Assembly (NCBI GenBank): GCA_041554075.1 | Contig: JBFFMM010000001.1 | Location: 816-64,815, forward strand | Length of the DNA stretch: 64,000 nt | Direction: 5' to 3' | Source: Draconibacterium sp. | Lineage (GTDB): Bacteria; Bacteroidota; Bacteroidia; Bacteroidales; Prolixibacteraceae | Translations under genes and position numbers: made by a program | Shown: positions 18,778 through 29,062 of the stretch, piece after piece | How the letters are laid out: each line of letters starts with the position of its first letter | How positions within the stretch are numbered: position 1 is the stretch's first letter | Notes under the pieces: generated by a model | What the model was told of the DNA's origin: nothing | The model's input: only the letters and a program-made list of their open reading frames with translations | Databases searched by the model: none

Positions 18778-19674
18778 CTAAAATCTTAGTTTTTCAGTCA
18801 TTATTCCAAACCGTAATACATCTAATCGATGGTCGAAATACATATTGTAATAATCCGAACCGTGATAATATTGAACAAAAAGTCCGATGTCTTCTAAAAA
18901 TTTTGGATGATAATAAAAAGTCAGGCTTAGGTTTAAATGGTCGGCTGACAAAGCATTGAGTTGATTGTAATCGCCAAACATCCAGGTGGTTTCACCTTTT
19001 AATGAAATTGCTGGTTTTTTGGCAGCATTTGATTCATCGTTTGAAGCAAGTTTAAAAATCGAAAATGTGTTGTGCCACCGGTACCGGCTGTAAATTCCCA
19101 TTAATTCTTCCTGAATAAATCTCGCTGGATGAATTTCAAATGATGTTTTAAAAAACGGGTAGGCATTAAAACGGGTATTTACATTGGTCGCAATTACACC
19201 AAATTCCAAAAAGTTAGTAGCAAAATTTCCCGATTTTAAATTAATGTTGCCATCTTCCAAAAAGAAAATCCCATCCTGTCCGTTTGAATGGTGTCCGACC
19301 CGCCCAAATAAATTCAGGCTTCTGTCTTTTTCAAAATCAGTGAGTCGGTAGTAAATGCTAATTTGCGGCTTGTAACTTGGCGTGCGCACCGGAAACGATT
19401 CCTCCTTGTACATTCTAATGATTATCTGCGGAGTAAGTACTCCCATCAAACGGGAGTTCTTACTTCTTCGCAAATAAAAATTCGGTATTATATTTCCTTC
19501 AAACCAAAGTGTTTCAATATTTCCAATGTCGGTCGGGAAAGTAATGTAACTATTCCCTTGGTTTGCCTGAGCAATTGTAGTCAATCCAATTCCTAACATT
19601 GATTCCTCCCCTTGCCCAAAAACAGAAATTGACAAAACGGAGATGAGAAGAAATATATAAACTTGTCTTTTCAT
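18778..19674 (-). CDS. outer-membrane phospholipase A (OMPLA/PldA)-like beta-barrel
   Basis: Signal peptide, SFPVRTPSYKP, catalytic-type HHSNG, terminal QYYHG..Y...RFGI and C-terminal F. Confidence 0.6.
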   Translation of the reverse strand: MKRQVYIFLLISVLSISVFGQGEESMLGIGLTTIAQANQGNSYITFPTDIGNIETLWFEGNIIPNFYLRRSKNSRLMGVLTPQIIIRMYKEESFPVRTPSYKPQISIYYRLTDFEKDRSLNLFGRVGHHSNGQDGIFFLEDGNINLKSGNFATNFLEFGVIATNVNTRFNAYPFFKTSFEIHPARFIQEELMGIYSRYRWHNTFSIFKLASNDESNAAKKPAISLKGETTWMFGDYNQLNALSADHLNLSLTFYYHPKFLEDIGLFVQYYHGSDYYNMYFDHRLDVLRFGIMTEKLRF

Positions 19675-19786
19675 TTTTGAAGTTTATAAAGGGAAATAGT
19701 ATCGTATCTTATTCAGAACCATGGGCTTGTAACCCGGCGTTTCAGACCTTAGAATTATTTGTTACGCCATTATTATCATCCTTTTT

Positions 19787-20248
19787 TTAGAGATAAATAA
19801 TCTTAATTTTTATTTTTTTATCAGCTACCAATTCAAATGAAGCATTCTGAAATGTAGGTCGGTTAGTAATTCCAATGGAATGATAATTTGAAAAACCAAT
19901 TCCTTCTTTCGGGAGGATTAGATCTTTTTTAATTTTTCCATTTGAATCTTCATCATGCAAAATATTTACAGCGTATTTCCCTTCAGGGAGATTTTCGAAA
20001 GTAATTTTTGAAGCACCGTTTACAATTTTTGCAGTAAGTTTCCGGTAGTATTTTTTGTAATGTTCGTCAGGAAATGAATCTGGCTCATTATACAAAGCAA
20101 ACTGTACAACTCCGTTTGAATTTTGCAAATTGTTTACCTCAACCGTTAACGGATAAATCGGGGTGGTTTGCAAGCTTTTGCTTTCGGTCGTGGACGAAAT
20201 TAACAGAAAAGCCAATTGCAGTAGTATAATTATCAGTGCTTTCTTCAT
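19787..20248 (-). CDS. DUF2141-family exported protein
   Basis: G.VQFALYN, GKYAVNILHDEDSNGK, PKEGIGFSN. Confidence 0.85.
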   Translation of the reverse strand: MKKALIIILLQLAFLLISSTTESKSLQTTPIYPLTVEVNNLQNSNGVVQFALYNEPDSFPDEHYKKYYRKLTAKIVNGASKITFENLPEGKYAVNILHDEDSNGKIKKDLILPKEGIGFSNYHSIGITNRPTFQNASFELVADKKIKIKIIYL

Positions 20249-20249
20249 C

Positions 20250-23200
20250 TTATTTTTCTTTCTTTTTGCTGAATTTTTCTTTTACCGAGTCTACGGCATA
20301 ATATACCACGGGCACCAAAAACACGGTGAGAATTAAGGACGAAAGAACTCCGCCTATAATCACCCAGGCTAAACCATTTTTCCACTCGGCAGCTGTACCT
20401 GTAGCCATTGCAATGGGTAGCATTCCAATAGCCATTGATAAAGTGGTCATAAGTATTGGGCGCATACGACCTTTACCAGCGATGATAAGTGCCTTTTTGA
20501 AATGTTCGCCCTGAGCTTTTAGTTGGTTGGTAAAGTCAACAATCAGAATGGCATTTTTTGTTACCAAGCCCATTAGCATTATTAAACCTAAAAGTGCAAA
20601 TAGGGTGATATCATTGCTCGATAAATTCAATGCCAGAAAAGCGCCGATGGCAGCTACCGGAATTCCAAACAAGGCAACAAACGGATAAATATAACTATCG
20701 TACAAAGCCACCATGATTAAATAAATCAGAATAAAAGAAATCATCAAAACCGAGCCGAGCGCACCAAAACTATCATTCTGGGTTTTGATATCTGCTCCCC
20801 ATGTTAATTTTACATTTTCAGGAAGTGGCTGCGATTTTAGATAAGCAATTACATCGTCGGCTAATGTACCCGATGGTCTGCCAAACGATTCTGCAGTGAG
20901 AGTTACCGAAGCCTGACGGTCGAGTCGTTCCAGCAGCGAAGGCGAATTATCCTGTTTTACTTCGGCAAACTGAGAAACAGAAATGGGCAGGTTCATCGGA
21001 TTTATTATGGATAGATTTTGCACATCCTCAAAATTTTGGCGATTAAAATCGTCCAGCCAAATGCGTACCGGATATTCGGTGCCGTTTTCAGTTAAGGTGG
21101 CATCATCGTTTCCGGTAAAAGCAGTTCGTAAATTCATGCCAACATAAGCTGTTGTTAAACCCAGTCGTTGCATTTTATCTTTGTCAGGAATCACTTTGTA
21201 TTCGGGATTTCCTTCCACAACCGAAAGTTGCACATTATCGGCGCCGGGAATGTTTTCAACTGCAGCCTGCAATTTTGCGGCTGTCTCCATCACTTCCGAA
21301 AGATTGGCTCCACTCAGTGTAATTTTAATAGGCGCCGACTTGGGCAGCAATCCAATAAAAGCCATTGAAAAATTGATTCCCGAGAATTCCGATTCCAACT
21401 CGTTTCGCAACGATTTCATAAAAGCCTCCGTTTTTATATCGCGTTCATTTTCGGGTTTTAATTGAATGGTGAATTCTGATTTATTGGCAGAACTTACGCC
21501 AAGACTTCCAATTCCGGTACTGGGACCCGCAATATTGCTGAAAAGTGTGGCTACTTCATTGTGCTGAAGAATATAATTTTCTACCTGTTGCGAAACAATG
21601 TTGTTTTGCTGCACCGTAATGGTTTTATCAAATTCAAGATTTAAGCGGAATTTTCCCTGGTCGCCAGTCGACATCATTTCTTTTCCGATAATCCCCTGCT
21701 TCATCATTCCGGCAGTTAGAACAAACAATAAAATAACGAAGCCAATGAAAATTAGTTTATGACTAAGTACCCATTTGAGCTGTTTGCCATACCAATCAAT
21801 AAATAAATCCAGTTGGTGCTCGAACCAAAGCAAAAAGCGGTTAAAAAAGTTGCTGGGTTGCAATTCTTCCTTTTTGCCAATTCGTGACATCATCCATGGA
21901 GTAATTGTAAAACCTACCAATAAACTTGTTAATGTAGATGTTATAACAACTATTGAGAATTGTTTGAGCATATCGGCAATAAAGACCTGTAAGAAAAGGA
22001 TGGGTAAAAACACAACTACATCAACCAAAGTGATTGAAACCGCGGAGAACCCTATTTCCATTCGTCCATCCATCGCAGCGGTTCGTTTATCTTTGCCCAT
22101 GTCCAGATGCCGTTGAATATTTTCCAAAACAACCGTGGCATCATCTACCAGAATTCCAATAATCAGCGACATAGCGAGCAAGGTCATCAGGTTTAGGGTA
22201 AATCCCATTAACCACATTACTGCGAAGGCAGTTATCAATGATGTGGGAATTGCAACAATTACAATTAATGCGTTTCGGTAACTCTTTAAAAATAAAAGCA
22301 TGACCAGCGAAACCAAGATAACCGCCAAAATCAAATCATAAACAACGGAATCAACAGCCGCAATTGTAATGTCGGTTGAATCATCTGCAATAATAAATTT
22401 TATACCTGCTTCTTTGTTTTGTTCTTCAATAACATTCAACTTTTCGTGAACCAACTTCGAAACATCCACCGCATTGGCATCGCCTTGCTTTTTCAGCAAC
22501 AATCCAATTCCGTTTATCCCGTTGTAACGACTTACCGATTCAATTTCTTTAACCCCATCAATTACACTGGCTACATCTTTTACATACACCGGGCTTCCAG
22601 GAAAAGGCATGGCAAGCTGCACATTCATAATGTCGTCAACAGTGGCAAACTTCCCGGTTAAACGCACAGAGTTATTTGTTTTATCCGATTGTACTTTTCC
22701 GGCTGGCAAATCTAATCCCGACATATTAATGGCTTCCACAACCTGCAACAAGGATATTTTGTGCAATTTGAGTTTCTCCTGGTCAACCTTTACTTGTATT
22801 TCGCGTTCTTCGCCACCCAGCAGGGTAATTTCGGCTACCCCTTTTATTTGCTGAATTTGAGGAAGAAAATCATCCTGCATTTTCTGATAAAATTCCGTTT
22901 CGGATAGCTTGCTGGTGGCACTGATGGAAATAATGGGTAAATCGTTGGGCGAAATTTTACTCATCACCGGTGCCTGAATATCGGCTGGTAAATCGGTGCT
23001 GATGTTGTCGATATAACGTTGCGCATCCTGCATGGCATTGTCCACGTTGGTACCATATTTCAGGTTGGCAATAATAACCGAAGCATTGGGCATCGACTTG
23101 GTTTCTAAATAATCAACACCCTCTAAATTCGAAAGCGCATCTTCAATTTTTCGCGAAACCGAGGTTTCCACTTCCTGAGGTTCGGCGCCGGGATAAATGG

Positions 23201-23345
23201 TTTTAATTACCACAACCGGCTGGTTAAAATCGGGAAGCAATTCGTAACTCAGGTTTTGATAACCAATAATTCCCAAGAGTGCAAATACGCTGAAAAGCAC
23301 AATAATCAGGGAAGGTCGTTTTATGGATATTTCTGTAATATTCAT
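20250..23345 (-). CDS. RND efflux permease (AcrB family)
   Basis: 1031 aa, YPGAEP.EVE, GILVDDA.VV.ENI, GLVTKNAILIVDF, RMRPILMT. Confidence 0.95.
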   Translation of the reverse strand: MNITEISIKRPSLIIVLFSVFALLGIIGYQNLSYELLPDFNQPVVVIKTIYPGAEPQEVETSVSRKIEDALSNLEGVDYLETKSMPNASVIIANLKYGTNVDNAMQDAQRYIDNISTDLPADIQAPVMSKISPNDLPIISISATSKLSETEFYQKMQDDFLPQIQQIKGVAEITLLGGEEREIQVKVDQEKLKLHKISLLQVVEAINMSGLDLPAGKVQSDKTNNSVRLTGKFATVDDIMNVQLAMPFPGSPVYVKDVASVIDGVKEIESVSRYNGINGIGLLLKKQGDANAVDVSKLVHEKLNVIEEQNKEAGIKFIIADDSTDITIAAVDSVVYDLILAVILVSLVMLLFLKSYRNALIVIVAIPTSLITAFAVMWLMGFTLNLMTLLAMSLIIGILVDDATVVLENIQRHLDMGKDKRTAAMDGRMEIGFSAVSITLVDVVVFLPILFLQVFIADMLKQFSIVVITSTLTSLLVGFTITPWMMSRIGKKEELQPSNFFNRFLLWFEHQLDLFIDWYGKQLKWVLSHKLIFIGFVILLFVLTAGMMKQGIIGKEMMSTGDQGKFRLNLEFDKTITVQQNNIVSQQVENYILQHNEVATLFSNIAGPSTGIGSLGVSSANKSEFTIQLKPENERDIKTEAFMKSLRNELESEFSGINFSMAFIGLLPKSAPIKITLSGANLSEVMETAAKLQAAVENIPGADNVQLSVVEGNPEYKVIPDKDKMQRLGLTTAYVGMNLRTAFTGNDDATLTENGTEYPVRIWLDDFNRQNFEDVQNLSIINPMNLPISVSQFAEVKQDNSPSLLERLDRQASVTLTAESFGRPSGTLADDVIAYLKSQPLPENVKLTWGADIKTQNDSFGALGSVLMISFILIYLIMVALYDSYIYPFVALFGIPVAAIGAFLALNLSSNDITLFALLGLIMLMGLVTKNAILIVDFTNQLKAQGEHFKKALIIAGKGRMRPILMTTLSMAIGMLPIAMATGTAAEWKNGLAWVIIGGVLSSLILTVFLVPVVYYAVDSVKEKFSKKKEK

Positions 23346-23353
23346 GATTCAGC

Positions 23354-24406
23354 TTATTTAAGGGTGACTTTTGCGCCATCGAAAAGATTGATAAAACCGT
23401 TGGAAATAACTTGGTCTCCTTCCGCTAATCCTTTTGAAACGACCACTTTATCTTTCAATCTTTCGGCAATCGTGATATTTTGCAACACTGCACTTCCGTT
23501 TTTAACAACATAAACTTGTGGTTGAATTGTGGTGCCAACCATTACGAATGCAGGAATAATTATTCGGTTTGTGTTGCTGCCACTTTTTACGGTCACTTTT
23601 CCAAACATTCCCGATTTAATTTTTAAATCAGCAGTGTTCTTTAAATTTAACTGCACCGGGTAACTGTTGCCTATATTTGCCTTGCTTCCTACCATTGTTA
23701 CTTTTCCTTCGAGCAAAAGTTCAGGATAGATATCAGCCGACACGGCACAAATTTGTCCCTTGTTAAATTTGGATAATTCATTCTCCGGTACGTTCACCGT
23801 AAACTTTAAATGTGAAATTTTGGTGAGTTGAAGCAGCGGCATTCCGGGAGCGGCAAACGCTCCTTCTTCGGTGAATTTTGTAGTTATAATTCCGTTAAAT
23901 GGTGCACGAATAGTGGTTTTATCAATTTGTTTCAACAAAGTGGCTTTTTGCACTTTTGCCGTTTTTAAACCCAGTTCTGCTTTTTCCAACTGAACGCCCT
24001 GAATTGCATCTGCCTTTGCCAAAACAGTAAAACGTTGCACGTCGGTTTCCAAACCTTCAATTTGTATTTCAACGCTTTGTAGTTGAAGTTTAAGGAGCGA
24101 ATTATCTAACTGAATAAGTGTTTGTCCTTTTTGAACCTGGCTTCCCAAATCAACTAAAACGGCGCTTACTTTGCCTTGGATATCAGCGCTTAATTTGCTC
24201 TCTTTATCAGGTTCGAATGTTCCTGAAAAAAGGTGCTCATTTTCTGAATTTTCAGTACTTATGTTTAGAACCTGAACGCTAATCGGTTTCTCTTTATCGT
24301 ACTGATAAACACGTTTCTCGGTAATTTCTTTATTGCTTTTCAGTTTGAAAATGGTAAAAGCAATGAGTGCAAGTATAACAACGGTATAGATTATTTTTTT
24401 TAACAT
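23354..24406 (-). CDS. RND periplasmic adaptor (MFP)
   Basis: G.V..V.VD.G..V.KGQ.L, IRAPFNG, SGMFG. Confidence 0.93.
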   Translation of the reverse strand: MLKKIIYTVVILALIAFTIFKLKSNKEITEKRVYQYDKEKPISVQVLNISTENSENEHLFSGTFEPDKESKLSADIQGKVSAVLVDLGSQVQKGQTLIQLDNSLLKLQLQSVEIQIEGLETDVQRFTVLAKADAIQGVQLEKAELGLKTAKVQKATLLKQIDKTTIRAPFNGIITTKFTEEGAFAAPGMPLLQLTKISHLKFTVNVPENELSKFNKGQICAVSADIYPELLLEGKVTMVGSKANIGNSYPVQLNLKNTADLKIKSGMFGKVTVKSGSNTNRIIIPAFVMVGTTIQPQVYVVKNGSAVLQNITIAERLKDKVVVSKGLAEGDQVISNGFINLFDGAKVTLK

Positions 24407-24417
24407 GGCTGTTTTTT

Positions 24418-25773
24418 TTAGTTTTTTGATGAAATATTTCCGCTTAATTTTTTCAATTCCAAATCGGCTTTTAAAAAGTCAACTACTGCCGTTAAGTAGT
24501 TTTGTTGCGCTTCACGAACCGCGTTATCGGCAAGTAAAATATCGGTAAGATTGGCTGTTCCTTCTTTTTGCTGCAAAACCATTTCATCGTAAACGGTGCT
24601 GGCTAATTTTATTTGCCCTGTGGTATTTTCAATGGTTTGTTGGGTTACTAATCTTTTTTGCGATGCATTTTCTATCAACATCTGGTTTTGTTCTGCTACC
24701 AAACTTATTTGAAGTTCATTGTTTTGAATTTCCAACTTTTTCTGGTTGATTTTACGTTTGGTCACCGTTCCATTAAAAAGGGGAACTGACAATTGCAAAC
24801 CGGCAAAACTAGTTGGGTAGAAGTTCAGAAAATTATTTGGTTTTTCGTCGTAACCAAATCCGGTCTGTCCGTAACTGCCAAACAGTGAAACAGATGGGAG
24901 CCTAGAATCTTTTAATGTGCTCAACTCATTAGAAAGCAGCTTGTTGTGGGTGTACGAAATTTGTAGGTCAAGTGGTGTTAAAACAGAATATTCGGTTGCG
25001 GTTTTGTTTGAGATTTCCGTGTCAATTTCAATTTTTTGCTGAAAAGAAATCCCCATCGAAAATTTCAAAGCATTCAATACCTGCTCAAAATTGTTCACTA
25101 TAAGCTCGCGCTGCGTAAGGAGTTGCTCTTGTTGCAATTCTACTTTTGTAACATCGCTTTTCTTAATCATTTGTTGGGCGTAAAGCAGTTCTAAATTTTG
25201 AAGCAGTTTTGTGGTGTTCACTAAATTATTTTCGATAAACTCCTGCTGATGCGCTAAAATTTGAGCGTTATAATACAGGTTCGAAATTTCAAAATATACC
25301 TGCTCTTCTGTTTTTTTATATTGAAGTTCACTTAATTCGGAAGCGATTTTTGTGGTTTGAATTGCTCCGTAAACCTGAGGATTGTATAAAGGCATTGCAA
25401 GCTGGATACTTGTGCCAATGTTATGTGGCACACCCATTTGTATTTCTTTAAACAGACCCTCTTGCCCTCCAAATGCTGATTGTGGCATTACTTGATATGG
25501 TAAATCCATGAAATATTTATAATCCGCATTCAGGCTAACTTTTGGAATTAAATTGGCTTTCGCTTCTTTTTGTCTTTCGGCACCAATTTCAATGTTGTTT
25601 CTACTCATTTGCAGGTTTTTATTGTTTACCTGCGCCGTGTCGATACACTGTTGTAAAGTCCAGTTTTGTGCATTCCCTGTTGTAAAAGCAGTTATTCCAG
25701 CTGCCATTAAGATGAATATTCTTAATATGTGAATATTCACAAACCTGAAGTGTGAAATTTTTTTAGCTTTCAT
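24418..25773 (-). CDS. tolC: TolC-family outer membrane channel
   Basis: WTLQQCI, GLQLSVPLFNG, EG....DIL.A; first structural gene of the efflux operon. Confidence 0.9.
   Translation of the reverse strand: MKAKKISHFRFVNIHILRIFILMAAGITAFTTGNAQNWTLQQCIDTAQVNNKNLQMSRNNIEIGAERQKEAKANLIPKVSLNADYKYFMDLPYQVMPQSAFGGQEGLFKEIQMGVPHNIGTSIQLAMPLYNPQVYGAIQTTKIASELSELQYKKTEEQVYFEISNLYYNAQILAHQQEFIENNLVNTTKLLQNLELLYAQQMIKKSDVTKVELQQEQLLTQRELIVNNFEQVLNALKFSMGISFQQKIEIDTEISNKTATEYSVLTPLDLQISYTHNKLLSNELSTLKDSRLPSVSLFGSYGQTGFGYDEKPNNFLNFYPTSFAGLQLSVPLFNGTVTKRKINQKKLEIQNNELQISLVAEQNQMLIENASQKRLVTQQTIENTTGQIKLASTVYDEMVLQQKEGTANLTDILLADNAVREAQQNYLTAVVDFLKADLELKKLSGNISSKN
25729..25740. promoter_or_regulatory. GTGAATATTCAC palindrome inside the tolC 5' coding region
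   Basis: Identical to the palindrome at 27379-27390. Confidence 0.5.
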
Positions 25774-25779
25774 TTTATA

Positions 25780-26331
25780 CTAATCTTTTAATGTTCTCAA
25801 TGTTTTTAATTCAAGTATCATTTCATGAATCCGTTGCTCATCTTTCATATATAAACGAAACCCGGATAATATTTTGCCAACCAGAATTTTGGTCGATTCT
25901 TTTGTTTTGAAAGTATTTTCTTTTTTTCCTTTATTAATTATCGAGCTCAAATAGTTTTCAGCGGTATTCCGAATTCGCAAAATTGAATTTCTTATACTTT
26001 CATCCCTCTTTTCCAGGTTTTTATCGAAAATTATATCGAGGTAATACGGTTTTTGCAAAAACAAGAAATAAAGCTTTTTGAAAAGGATTTTGAGTTCAGC
26101 TTCCGGGGTTTCAGTAGCTTGTACAAATTCTGATCTAAACTCATTTATATCTGTTTCGAAACCCAACAGGAGCATCAGTAAAATATCGTCGTCTTTTGTA
26201 AGTTGCTTATAAAGTTGGCTTTCTTCTACGTTTAGCTTGTCGGCTAAATTATGAATGGTAAGTTCCTGTACACCTGAATTCATAATTATTTTAGCAGCTT
26301 TTTCAATTATTTCATTTTTTTGTGTTTCCAT
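25780..26331 (-). CDS. TetR-family regulator (diverged paralogue of 26769..27356)
   Basis: EII..A..II...G.Q.LTI.NLA.KL; recognition helix diverged (QLYKQLTK). Confidence 0.8.
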   Translation of the reverse strand: METQKNEIIEKAAKIIMNSGVQELTIHNLADKLNVEESQLYKQLTKDDDILLMLLLGFETDINEFRSEFVQATETPEAELKILFKKLYFLFLQKPYYLDIIFDKNLEKRDESIRNSILRIRNTAENYLSSIINKGKKENTFKTKESTKILVGKILSGFRLYMKDEQRIHEMILELKTLRTLKD

Positions 26332-26344
26332 GATATTAGAGTAA

Positions 26345-26356
26345 GTGAATATTAAC
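26345..26356. promoter_or_regulatory. candidate TetR operator GTGAATATTAAC
   Basis: One mismatch to GTGAATATTCAC, 13 nt upstream of a tetR start. Confidence 0.5.
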
Positions 26357-26418
26357 TAACCTACATGCGTCAAAAAAAACTCACCATCAAGTTGTGAGCT
26401 TTTATAATTCGTAACTTT

Positions 26419-26757
26419 TTACAACAATTTTGTCTGCGTGGTTGGTTTAGGTGCTTTCACCACCAATATGCGCGCAACATTTATTGAGTTGTTGTATAAA
26501 CAATGAACGATGCCTTTTGGGCTTTCTACCAAACTATCGGACTGCACTTCCACTTTTTCTTTTCCCACAAGAATTTCGGGAGTTCCTTCCAAAACATAGA
26601 AAAAAACATCAACCGGAGTGATGTGTGGTTTTAGCGCTTCGCCTGGTTGCAAAGTAATGTGCATGGCTTGTGCCGAATCTTTGTCATATAATTTGCGAAC
26701 ATCCACTTTGTGTGCAGTTTCTTGAATTTTAGTTTCGCCTACTTTACTTATTTCCAT
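26419..26757 (-). CDS. cupin-domain protein
   Basis: LQPGE.LKPHITP.DVFFYVLEG...P.GIVH. Confidence 0.88.
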   Translation of the reverse strand: MEISKVGETKIQETAHKVDVRKLYDKDSAQAMHITLQPGEALKPHITPVDVFFYVLEGTPEILVGKEKVEVQSDSLVESPKGIVHCLYNNSINVARILVVKAPKPTTQTKLL

Positions 26758-26768
26758 TTTCTGATGTT

Positions 26769-27356
26769 TTACTTTGTTACTAATATTTTTATTGAATTCG
26801 AAAGTTCACTACCTTTTTCTGTCAGATTAAAAGCGTAGTTCGACATTTGCCATTGTTTTACAAACAAACGGAGTGTTCCCATTACCACTACCGACAAATG
26901 TTCAGCTTCAACATCGGCTCTGAGTTCGCCTTTTTTCTGTCCGGTTGAAATTATTGTAGTTAGTGTATTGAAATTATTATTCATTATTTCCGACACTTTC
27001 TCCACCAAAATTGTTTCGTTCCGAAAAAGTTCTTCCGAAAATATAACCGCTACCAATGAGGGCGAAGCTGAAAATATTTTAAACTGATTGAAAAACAAAT
27101 GATTTATTTTTGTCAATGCGTCTCCTTCAGCATTTAACTCGTAGGTAAAAAGACGTTCGGTATTTTCTTTGAAGAAATTAAGAATTGCCACTAAAATTTG
27201 AATTTTATTTTCGTAGTGACGATAAATTGCCGATTCAGAGAAACCAATCTTTTTTGCCAGGTTCTTTATAGTCAGTCCCTGGATTCCGTTTTCCGCAATT
27301 AAATCAAGCGAAACATCTATTATTTCTTTTTGTCTGTCAGATAATTCTTCAGTCAT
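26769..27356 (-). CDS. TetR-family regulator
   Basis: RQKEII..SL.LIA..GIQGLTIKNLAKKIGFSESAIYRHY. Confidence 0.92.
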   Translation of the reverse strand: MTEELSDRQKEIIDVSLDLIAENGIQGLTIKNLAKKIGFSESAIYRHYENKIQILVAILNFFKENTERLFTYELNAEGDALTKINHLFFNQFKIFSASPSLVAVIFSEELFRNETILVEKVSEIMNNNFNTLTTIISTGQKKGELRADVEAEHLSVVVMGTLRLFVKQWQMSNYAFNLTEKGSELSNSIKILVTK

Positions 27357-27378
27357 TTACTATTTTCTTACAAGGTTG

Positions 27379-27402
27379 GTGAATATTCACTTTGCAAATA
27401 TA
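27379..27402 (-). promoter_or_regulatory. Bacteroidota -7 element (TATATTTG) followed by TetR operator GTGAATATTCAC
   Basis: CAAATATA (minus-strand TATATTTG) directly beside a perfect 12-bp palindrome at 27379-27390, upstream of tetR. Confidence 0.65.
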
Positions 27403-27697
27403 ATACATTCATTATGAACATTCAAAAAAAAATTAAATTTTGGTAAATGCTTGGTTATCTTTCTATCATCTGCTTATCTTCCTTTGCAAACGAGGAGGAT
27501 AATTAAGTAGTGTTCGTCAAGAAAGTCTGACTGCTTCGTTACGCTCGCCCTATAATTGGTCATTTACAAGAGTAAACTCAAAACTATAGGACTTCACAAG
27601 CCTCGAATTTGAACTTTCTGAATCAAACACTCAACTTTATGGACAGACACTAAGTAGTATTATTTTTATAGATTTGTTTGATTATTAAAAACAATTT

Positions 27698-28261
27698 ATG
27701 AGTGAGTTAAAAGAGTTTCAAAAATTAGTTGTTGCTAATGCGCAAGATGTTAAAGGATTAGAAATTGGGGAAAAGGCTCCTGATTTTACTTTACCAAATG
27801 CAACAGGCAAATTAATTTCGTTAAGTCAATGTTTGAAATCGGGACCGGTTATTCTAAAATTTTACAGGGGAGAATGGTGTCCGATTTGTAATCTTGATTT
27901 GCGCGAAATACAACAAAATATACATCATTATAATTCTTTTGGAGCTCAGATACTTGCTGTTAGTCCGCAAAACCCTGACAATGCGCTTACTGCCAAACAA
28001 AAAAATAACCTCGATTTTGAAGTTTTAAGTGATAGTTATCAAGAGGTAATAAAAGCATACAATTTACAATTCGACCCAGGACCCGATTATCACAGCCGAA
28101 GGGATTTAACAATGAAAAACGGAGATGGTTCCAAAATGCTTCCGGTTCCTGCTACTTTTATTATTAATCAGGATTTTACAATTGTAGCTGCACATGTTGA
28201 AGCCAATTATACTAAAAGAATGTCGGCTCAAGATATTCTGGAAGTTTTAAGAATACTTTGA
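27698..28261 (+). CDS. AhpC/TSA peroxiredoxin-like protein
   Basis: GEKAPDFTLP, FYRGEWCPICN, LPVPATFII. Confidence 0.88.
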   Translation: MSELKEFQKLVVANAQDVKGLEIGEKAPDFTLPNATGKLISLSQCLKSGPVILKFYRGEWCPICNLDLREIQQNIHHYNSFGAQILAVSPQNPDNALTAKQKNNLDFEVLSDSYQEVIKAYNLQFDPGPDYHSRRDLTMKNGDGSKMLPVPATFIINQDFTIVAAHVEANYTKRMSAQDILEVLRIL

Positions 28262-28715
28262 TTGTGAGTCGTTCTATAAAACTAGGAATTTAGGGTGAAA
28301 GAGATTGTCCTCCGCCCGACATTGCGAGAGACCACCCATTTTTTGAATGGGCATAATAAGGTGATGATGGATCAGGATCTTTAAAAACAATTAATGATAA
28401 ACTTATTGAATTTCAATACATTAAATGAATCTGTCATTGATAGGGAGGAACGATTGTGGCAATCTCTTTTTTCTTTTTGTTTCTGGACAAGCCAGCATGA
28501 CAAACAAAAATTTAGAGTCCGGCGAGCCAGTTTTGATATTTTTTATCGGAAATTTGTTTTCAAAAAGTAACTCAAAGTAACACAAGTTTGTAACAAGCGC
28601 TTTGTTGTCCTCAAATTTGCAATTCATCTTTTGTCGTTAAAACCAATCAGCAGTTTATGCCTTGTTACAAACGAATAGTGCAGAAGATTATATGCTTACT
28701 GAAAGGCAATTGTTA

Positions 28716-29060
28716 TTATTTCTTCTTAAAATATACCAAATATTTCTCGTCTTTTTGTTGGTCCACCCAATGTTCAAAACCAAGACTGGTGGCTTTGTCG
28801 ATTAGTGGATCTGGAATAAAGAGGGCACTTATTTTATAAATAGACCCTTCGGGCAAACTTCGCAGGTCGGCAATTACTTGGTTTACGGGGTGCTCGCCAA
28901 CTGCCAGCATTTCACGAATATCGAGTTCTTTACTGGTTTTCGATTCATCAAACCAAATGGGTTTTTGGTTATTGTAAGTGGTATCGCTATCCAACGAAAG
29001 AGAGTATTGCCCGACTTCTTTTCGCAATACTTTAATCAGTTTTTTCTCATTAACATTTCC
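28716..29060 (-). pseudogene. 5'-truncated copy of the DUF1858 gene
   Basis: RKEVGQ...KELDIREMLA.GEHPVNQVIADLRSLP...PLIDKATSL.F.HWV, near-identical to the C-terminal part of 55090..55614; N-terminal DUF1858 part missing. Confidence 0.9.
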
Positions 29061-29062
29061 TG

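Noticed and set aside
27511-27654. Possible IS5-like remnant (FVTLAL-like codons, TTTATGGACAGACAC-TAAG end), with GAGTCGTTCTATAAA at 28266
   Set aside because: Resemblance is from memory only; no transposase ORF or matching inverted repeat pair, so it needs an ISfinder search
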